Source of the DNA: Acidobacteriota bacterium
GTDB lineage: Bacteria > Acidobacteriota > Thermoanaerobaculia > Multivoradales > JBCCEF01
Assembly (NCBI GenBank): GCA_039028635.1
Contig: JBCCHV010000005.1
Coordinates: forward strand, 12,118 to 76,117
Direction of reading: 5' to 3'
Length of the DNA: 64,000 nucleotides
The translations under genes and the position numbers were made by a program. Position 1 is the stretch's first letter, and the number at the start of each line of letters is the position of its first letter. The notes under the pieces are model-generated. The model saw only the letters and a list, made by a program, of their open reading frames with translations. It searched no databases and had not been told where the DNA came from. Shown here one piece after another: positions 58,373 to 64,000 of this stretch.

Positions 58373-59034
58373 AGATCGCTCCCTCCCTGCTCGCCGCCGA
58401 TCTCGCGGATCTGGCCGGCGCCCTCGCCATTTGCGAAAAGGGCGCCGCCGACCTGATTCACGTCGACGTGATGGACGGCCACTTCGTGCCCAACTTGACC
58501 TTCGGCATTCCGGTCATCGAAGCACTGCGACGCCGCACCGAGATCCCCCTCGACGTCCACCTGATGGTGGAGCAGCCGGGCCGCCTGCTCGACGAGTACC
58601 TGGCGGCCGGCTCGACCGCCGTCGCCGTGCACTGGGAGGCCTGCCGCCATCTCCACCGGGTGATCGATCGCATCCAGGGTCAAGGCGCCGCCGCCGGGGT
58701 GGCTCTCAACCCGGCAACGCCGATCGAGCTCCTCGATGACATCCTCGGAGATCTCGACTTCGTCCTGCTGATGTCCGTCAACCCGGGATTCGGCGGCCAA
58801 GCATTCATCCCCGGTGTCCTCGACAAGAGCCGGCGACTGCGTCGTCGGCTGGCGGAACGGGAGCTCGATGTGGTGATCTCGATCGATGGCGGCATCGACC
58901 GCGATACCATCGGACCGGCGAAGGCCGCCGGAATCGAGATCGCCGTCGCCGGCTCGGCCATCTTCGGCACCCCGGACCCGGTGGCAGCCATCCACGAGCT
59001 GCGCGAGCGATCCCAGAATTCTCCCTCGGAGTAA
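58369..59034 (+). CDS. rpe: Ribulose-phosphate 3-epimerase
   Basis: HVDVMDGHFVPN...MSVNPGFGGQ.... ATGA overlap with the upstream gene. Confidence 0.9.
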   Translation: MKIAPSLLAADLADLAGALAICEKGAADLIHVDVMDGHFVPNLTFGIPVIEALRRRTEIPLDVHLMVEQPGRLLDEYLAAGSTAVAVHWEACRHLHRVIDRIQGQGAAAGVALNPATPIELLDDILGDLDFVLLMSVNPGFGGQAFIPGVLDKSRRLRRRLAERELDVVISIDGGIDRDTIGPAKAAGIEIAVAGSAIFGTPDPVAAIHELRERSQNSPSE

Positions 59035-59040
59035 GTCCCC

Positions 59041-59811
59041 ATGAACCGTCTGACCCTCATGCTCGCCGTCGTCCTGCTGTGTCTGCCGGCCACGGCCTGT
59101 CGCAGCGGCGTCAAGGAAGATCCCATCCTGCGCCTCGCCGCCCAGGAATCTCTCGACGAGGGCAAGCGCCTGATGGCCGAGGAGAAGTTCTCTCGCGCCC
59201 GGCGCTACCTCTCCCACGCCTTCGAGGTCGAGCCCAACTCCCTGAGCGGTCGCGAAGCGCTGCTCTTGCTCGCCGACAGCTTCTATCTCGACGGCGGTGT
59301 GCTCAATTACATCCAGTCCGAATCGAAGTACCGAGACTTCCTGAATCGCTTTCCGACCAGCAACCTGGCGGCCTACGCGCAGTACCAGATCGCCAACAGC
59401 CTGGCCGAGCGGATGGAGAAGCCGGATCGCGATCAATCCGCCACCGAGAAGGCTCTGCAGGCCTACCGCGAGCTGATTCGCCTCTACCCGACGAGCGACT
59501 ACACGGCCGAGGCCCGCACCCAGATCGTCCGGGTCCTCGACAACCTCGCCGAGCACGAGTTCGTGGTCGGCAACTACTATCTGCGCCGCCCCATCCCGTT
59601 GGCCGCCATCGAGCGCTTCAAAGGGCTGTTGGCGAGCTACCCGGAGTACAGCCAGCGCGACAAGGTGCTGTTCCACCTTGCGAAGGCCTATGGCCTGAGC
59701 TTCCGCGAAGAGCACGCCGGCAAAGCCGAGGAGACCTTCGAGCTGCTGCGACAACAGTTCCCGGAAAGCGAGTGGATCGCCGAGATCCCGAAGCAGAAGG
59801 ACAACTCATGA
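59041..59811 (+). CDS. bamD: Outer-membrane protein assembly factor BamD-like lipoprotein (TPR)
   Basis: Lipobox LLCLPATAC. TPR repeats with the BamD-like pattern. Confidence 0.75.
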   Translation: MNRLTLMLAVVLLCLPATACRSGVKEDPILRLAAQESLDEGKRLMAEEKFSRARRYLSHAFEVEPNSLSGREALLLLADSFYLDGGVLNYIQSESKYRDFLNRFPTSNLAAYAQYQIANSLAERMEKPDRDQSATEKALQAYRELIRLYPTSDYTAEARTQIVRVLDNLAEHEFVVGNYYLRRPIPLAAIERFKGLLASYPEYSQRDKVLFHLAKAYGLSFREEHAGKAEETFELLRQQFPESEWIAEIPKQKDNS

Positions 59812-60668
59812 GAGCGCTGGCCGCGATCGTCGCCGTCGGGCTGCTGACCGGGGCTTGTACCTCGGCCAAGGGGCCATCGGCTCGCCCCGTCGACGACGTT
59901 GCCGAGCTCAAGGCCCGGGTGCTCGAGCTGCAGCGCAAAGCGGCGGTCAGCGAAATCGAGCTGGAGCGACTGCGCCAGCAGGTCGCACGGCTCGAGAGCC
60001 GCCTCGACAACAGTACCGCCGGCGAGCGCCCGCGCGCCGCCGAGAGCTCGCGGGAAGTCGCGCCGCCGAGGTCACGACCGGAGCCACCACCAACGCGGCC
60101 GGCGGTCGCTTCCCCGGCACCGCCGGTGGCGGCGGGAAACATCGAAGAGGAGACCCTCGAAGGCGAGGATCTCCCGGAGATCGAGATCGAGCGACCGGCG
60201 CCGGCGCCGCCAGCGCGGCCGGTAGTCGAGGCCAGCCCGCCGCCGCGCACCGCCGCCCCCCCGCCGGCAACCGCGGTCGAGCAGCCGGTCCAGGCCGAGG
60301 CCCAGGAGCTCTACGACGAGGGCTACGCCCGGTACCACCAGAGCCGCTATCGCGACGCCGAGGCCAGCTTCCAACGGTTCCTGGCGGCGAGCCCAGGATC
60401 GAGCTTGGCGGACAACGCTCAGTACTGGATCGGTGAAGCGCGCTTTGCTCGCGGCGACCTGCGTGGGGCTCTGGCGGCCTTCCGCGAGACCGTCAGTCGC
60501 TTTCCGGAAGGCAACAAAGTGCCGGATGCGCTGCTCAAGGCGGGACAGTGCCTCGAGCGCCTGGGCGACGTCAACGGCGCTCGCACCACCTATCGAGAGG
60601 TGGTGCGGCAGTTCCCCACCAGTGCCGCATCGGTGGTCGCCGAAGAACGGATCGAGCGTCTTCCTTAG
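59808..60668 (+). CDS. cpoB: Tol-Pal associated coiled-coil/TPR protein CpoB (YbgF)-like
   Basis: Signal/lipo N-terminus. Coiled coil (ELKARVLELQRKAAVSEIELERLRQQVARLESRL). Pro-rich linker. C-terminal TPR. ATGA overlap with bamD. Confidence 0.7.
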   Translation: MRALAAIVAVGLLTGACTSAKGPSARPVDDVAELKARVLELQRKAAVSEIELERLRQQVARLESRLDNSTAGERPRAAESSREVAPPRSRPEPPPTRPAVASPAPPVAAGNIEEETLEGEDLPEIEIERPAPAPPARPVVEASPPPRTAAPPPATAVEQPVQAEAQELYDEGYARYHQSRYRDAEASFQRFLAASPGSSLADNAQYWIGEARFARGDLRGALAAFRETVSRFPEGNKVPDALLKAGQCLERLGDVNGARTTYREVVRQFPTSAASVVAEERIERLP

Positions 60669-60847
60669 GGGCGCGGTCTCTCCCGAGCGCGGCCCGTCAG
60701 CTCGCGAAATCGACTCTGATAGGTTAAAGTAGCACTTGAGGTTTTGCGGCCTAAATTCTTGACACTGCACTCCGAAGCGATGTACGGTGCCATAGTGATC
60801 TCGCTATAGCCTTACACACGCTTTGCGGTGTCGGGGGGAGTTTTGCC

Positions 60848-62047
60848 ATGTACAAGCGTCCGTTCGTGTTGCTCTCGGGTCTCGCCCTGGCGATGGGATG
60901 TACCCTGACGTTGGCGAGTGTCTGCCTGGCCGATGGGCCGCCCCCCCGCAACCTCCAGAAGGTCGGCGATCACTGGACCGCTTGGAACCCTCCGGTGCCG
61001 CCGGAAGGCGCCGAGGTCTACATCATCGAGCGCGGCGACACGCTGTGGGACCTGGCCACTCGCTTCTACGGCGATCCCTACCTGTGGCCACAGATCTGGG
61101 AACAGAATCAGTACATTCTCGATGCTCACTGGATCTATCCCGGCGATCCCCTGGTGGTGACCGTCGAAGTGACCACCGCCGACACCCTGAGCGAGGGCCT
61201 CGGTGAGGGAGCCGGTGGCGCCGATGACAGCTTCGGCGAAGACGTCGGCGACTTCCTTTCCGCCGACTCGGCGGCCTCCGCGCCGGGCCCCCTGGGCGGC
61301 GAGTCGGACATCGACTGCACCGGCTTCGTGGGCGAGCTCAACGAGCAGTTCCCCTACCGCATCATCGGCTCCGAGTTCCAGGCTCTCTCCCCCAGCCTCG
61401 AGAACCTCGGCGGCACTGCGGCGGCGAGCTACAAGGGCCTCTACGGCACCGACACGGTCAAGGTCGGCATGATGAACGGCGACATCATCTATCTCGATGG
61501 CGGTCGCGCCGGCGGCATGTCTCCGGGACAGGTCTACACCGCGATCGGCGAGGGCCCCAAGATTCGCCACCCGATCGACAACAAGATGTTCGGCCGACAG
61601 TACAACTACCTTGGGCGGGTGCGAGTGCTGTCGGTTCAGGAAGACACGGCCATCGCCGAGGTCTCCCACACCTGCGCTCCGGTGGTGGTCGGAGCCCAGC
61701 TCAAGCTGCACGAAGTCGAGCCGGTTCCCCTCGGCCGGCGCACCCGCATGCGCCCCGTCAACCTGCCTCCACGGCCCGAGGAGCTCGCCGACGCGCCGGT
61801 GATTCTGGCTGGCGATCACAACCTGATCACTCTCGGCGAAGACAGCGTGGTCTTCATCGACCGCGGCGAGAACGCCGACCTGGTGCCCGGCGACATCTAC
61901 ACCATCTATCGCCTCAACCGCGACAACCTACCGCCGGTGGTGCTCGGCGAAGTGGCGATCTTGAGCGTCCACAGCCGCTCCTCCGTGGGCAAGATCCTGA
62001 CCTCCCGCTACACCGTCTACCCGGGTGACCGGCTGGAGCTGAAATAG
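60848..62047 (+). CDS. LysM domain-containing exported protein
   Basis: Signal peptide. LysM motif YIIERGDTLWDLATRFYGDPYLWPQIW. Confidence 0.7.
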   Translation: MYKRPFVLLSGLALAMGCTLTLASVCLADGPPPRNLQKVGDHWTAWNPPVPPEGAEVYIIERGDTLWDLATRFYGDPYLWPQIWEQNQYILDAHWIYPGDPLVVTVEVTTADTLSEGLGEGAGGADDSFGEDVGDFLSADSAASAPGPLGGESDIDCTGFVGELNEQFPYRIIGSEFQALSPSLENLGGTAAASYKGLYGTDTVKVGMMNGDIIYLDGGRAGGMSPGQVYTAIGEGPKIRHPIDNKMFGRQYNYLGRVRVLSVQEDTAIAEVSHTCAPVVVGAQLKLHEVEPVPLGRRTRMRPVNLPPRPEELADAPVILAGDHNLITLGEDSVVFIDRGENADLVPGDIYTIYRLNRDNLPPVVLGEVAILSVHSRSSVGKILTSRYTVYPGDRLELK

Positions 62048-62053
62048 GTGCCA

Positions 62054-62080
62054 TCCTGACGCCCGAGGGCGTCAGGATTA
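62054..62080 (+). terminator. Perfect 12-bp stem hairpin ATCCTGACGCCC-gag-GGGCGTCAGGAT, 7 nt after the LysM gene stop
   Basis: Read directly. A second ATCCTGACG copy and a GACGAG-cc-CTCGTC hairpin follow at 62110-62130. Confidence 0.45.
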
Positions 62081-62144
62081 CCCTCACCTGGGCCCTTCCC
62101 GTTGTGCTATCCTGACGAGCCCTCGTCGCGAGAAAAATTCGAAC

Positions 62145-62408
62145 GTGAAGCAGCCAAGCCTCAACCGCCGCCTGAACCAAATCGTCGATGAATTGGTTGA
62201 CCGGGGCATGACCCTGGCCCAAGCTCGACGCGAGTTCGAGCGCCAGTTCATCGTCGCCTCGCTGCGCTCAAACGGCGGTAATATCTGCCGTTCTGCGCGC
62301 AGCCTCGGGGTGCATCGCAACACCCTGCGCAACAAAGTCTCGAATCTCGGGATCGGCGTGAACAACGCGCGCTCGGCGGCGCCCCAGCAGGCCTCCGACA
62401 AGAGCTGA
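62145..62408 (+). CDS. Small Fis-family HTH DNA-binding protein
   Basis: RREFERQFIVASLRSNGGNICRSARSLGVHRNTLRNKV, a Fis/NtrC-type HTH. Confidence 0.6.
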   Translation: MKQPSLNRRLNQIVDELVDRGMTLAQARREFERQFIVASLRSNGGNICRSARSLGVHRNTLRNKVSNLGIGVNNARSAAPQQASDKS

Positions 62409-62432
62409 AGGGCCCTTTCCAGGTCCCCTGCG

Positions 62433-62448
62433 GGGTGACCTGGCACCA
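62433..62448 (+). promoter_or_regulatory. Candidate sigma54 (-24/-12) promoter TGGCAC-caaat-CTGCT
   Basis: GG and GC are spaced exactly as in the consensus TGGCACG-N4-TTGCW. The site partly overlaps a GC-rich hairpin (62411-62435) and lies about 155 nt upstream of the SLT gene. Confidence 0.35.
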
Positions 62449-62604
62449 AATCTGCTAATTCCAATCTCCTGAAGGAATCGCACCCGCCCGAGGCCAAGGC
62501 GCTCGGAGCGGGATTGGTCTATCGAGGAAACATTCGACCCCACCTGCACGCCTACTCTCCGAGAAGGTCGCACGCCTCGATGGGATTTTCAAAGGAAGCA
62601 AGTC

Positions 62605-63324
62605 ATGAACCGGTTCTCACTCAGAACGGCGCTGGCCACCCTGGCGACGTTCTTCTTTCTTCTGACCTCGGTCAGCTCCGAGCCCCCTCTGCAGGACGGC
62701 CTCGAAGCGCTGCCCAACCCGGAAGAGGTGGCGATCCTCGATGAGCTGTCCCTCTGGCTCGACGACTCGGACCAGGGCAGCCTGCAGGCGATGAGCCCGA
62801 ACGACGTCCGCACCGCGGTGGTGGCTCAGCCTCAGACCTTCGAGGTCTTCCGCAGCTACAACGCCAAAGAAGACAACCACCGCTACCTCGAGCAGATGCC
62901 CTTCGGCAGCGAGATCGTCGAAGCGGCCGAGCGCTACGAGCTCGACAGCCTGTTGGTCGCCGCCATGGTGCAGGTCGAATCGGGATTCCGGCCCGGCGCC
63001 GTATCGCCGGTCGGTGCCGTCGGCCTGATGCAGGTGATGCCCGCCACGGGCACGCTCTATCAGTCGACGGAGCTCGAAGACCCGCGCATCAACCTGGACG
63101 TCGGTAGCCGCTACATGCGCAGCCTGCTCAACTCCTATGACGGCGATCTGGAGCTCGCCCTGGCGGCCTACAACGCCGGTCCCGGCAACGTTCGCCGATA
63201 CGGCGGCATTCCGCCCTTCCGCGAGACCCAGAACTATGTCGCCAAGGTGATCTCGACCTACGTCGACATCCACCGCGGCGTGTGGGACGACACCGGCGCC
63301 TCCGACCTGCTGGTACTGCGCTGA
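62605..63324 (+). CDS. Lytic transglycosylase (SLT domain) with signal peptide
   Basis: Catalytic ES motif context VQVESGFRPGAVSPVGAVGLMQVMPAT...AYNAGPG. Confidence 0.85.
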   Translation: MNRFSLRTALATLATFFFLLTSVSSEPPLQDGLEALPNPEEVAILDELSLWLDDSDQGSLQAMSPNDVRTAVVAQPQTFEVFRSYNAKEDNHRYLEQMPFGSEIVEAAERYELDSLLVAAMVQVESGFRPGAVSPVGAVGLMQVMPATGTLYQSTELEDPRINLDVGSRYMRSLLNSYDGDLELALAAYNAGPGNVRRYGGIPPFRETQNYVAKVISTYVDIHRGVWDDTGASDLLVLR

Positions 63325-63573
63325 TTTCAGAATGAGCTGGCAGCGAGGGGCAGCGCTCTGCGGCGGGCGTCCCCGCCTCTCGATGATCCTGCCATCCAGA
63401 GGCGGCAAACGAGGGCTGGCATAAGAGCCCGCGAGTCGCTATCTGCAGCTGAAACAACCGGAATGCAGGCGACCGCTCGCGGCTCACCTCTCACGGGCGC
63501 CGAATGGCGCCCTGGGGAAGAGCGCCCTGAGGTTCTTGGCAAGGCGCTCGCCGCGCCTTGCGGCGGGGCGCCT

Positions 63574-63759
63574 TCAGCGCGACTTGGCAGCCTCGTCGCC
63601 GTCTTCGATCTTGTCCGGCTCGGGCTCCCGAACTCCCCGCTTGAAGTTGCGAATCCCTTCGCCGAGCCCACGACCGATCTGGGGCAGCTTGGTGGCCCCG
63701 AAGAGCAGCACCAAGATGAACAGCACGATCAATAGCTCTTGAAAACCTAACGGTCCCAT
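63574..63759 (-). CDS. tatA: Twin-arginine translocase subunit TatA/E
   Basis: [42 protein letters not shown]. Confidence 0.8.
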   Translation of the reverse strand: MGPLGFQELLIVLFILVLLFGATKLPQIGRGLGEGIRNFKRGVREPEPDKIEDGDEAAKSR

Positions 63760-64000
63760 GGCTTTGGCTTCCTGGTTTCGAGTCTCGACTCGTTGGTCAC
63801 GACCTCCGCTGGAGGCCAGTCTCTGGAGGGCGAACGAGCCCGCCCAGAACTCCAGTTTAGCAGAAGGCCGCCGCGGCCACGGCCCACGGAGCACGCACGC
63901 GAGCGGCGAACCCAGCGGTCTCGGGCCATGCTGCGAGGTGGTCGCAGGCCCGCTCCAAGGTGCGAGGAATCAGTCCCAAGTGGCGATCGTTGCCGCGGCG

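Overview
This is a high-GC (about 68%) bacterial chromosomal segment, probably from a diderm organism given the BamD, CpoB/YbgF and TatA homologues. It mixes housekeeping genes with a clearly accessory, lower-GC island. No rRNA, tRNA, CRISPR array, transposase or integrase could be recognised by eye.

Housekeeping content (left to right):
- SufU/SufT Fe-S cluster assembly genes, a secreted S1 serine protease, and a Rieske oxygenase with a decayed tandem paralogue.
- A DUF3108/DUF4331/DUF4198 set of exported proteins.
- pta, purD, a PSP1/RicT-like gene, an Hfq-like gene and pdxA.
- An exopolysaccharide module (WbaP-like priming transferase, one GT4 and two GT2 glycosyltransferases) followed by a histidine kinase and an NtrC-type sigma54-dependent response regulator.
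- An acyl-reductase-like protein, a PAS-GGDEF-EAL protein, a VWA-TM-FHA protein, an SNF-family sodium symporter, a nucleotidyltransferase-fold protein, uvrD/pcrA and a GNAT acetyltransferase.
- A cellulose-synthase-like GT2 with a divergent GT87-like membrane transferase.
- The conserved truA-uppS-cdsA-rseP run, a PASTA-domain protein, rpe, bamD, cpoB, a LysM protein, a Fis-like HTH protein, an SLT lytic transglycosylase and tatA.

Accessory region (about 3.7-16.5 kb):
- A Sec-signal Rhs/YD-repeat polymorphic toxin of 1675 aa with a low-GC, swapped C-terminal toxin module.
- Two tandem paralogous immunity-like genes in an AT-rich patch.
- An orphan Rhs C-terminal fragment interrupted by an in-frame amber codon and fused in frame to a Cys-rich secreted-like sequence.
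- A large secreted protein built from carboxypeptidase-regulatory-like beta-sandwich repeats, apparently frameshifted.
- A 30-bp direct repeat, identical to the 3' end of the Rieske oxygenase gene, that brackets the orphan module.
- An uncharacterised translationally coupled two-gene operon and an XRE-HTH plus TPR regulator pair with a palindrome-rich divergent promoter.

The strongest candidate for an undescribed system is a compact operon at about 46.0-49.9 kb. It encodes a 70-aa Cys-rich peptide ending in Cys-Cys, preceded by a strong ribosome-binding site (RBS) and a structured leader. Downstream are a YpdA/flavin-monooxygenase-like flavoprotein that also ends in Cys-Cys, an MFS exporter and a CysK-family PLP enzyme.
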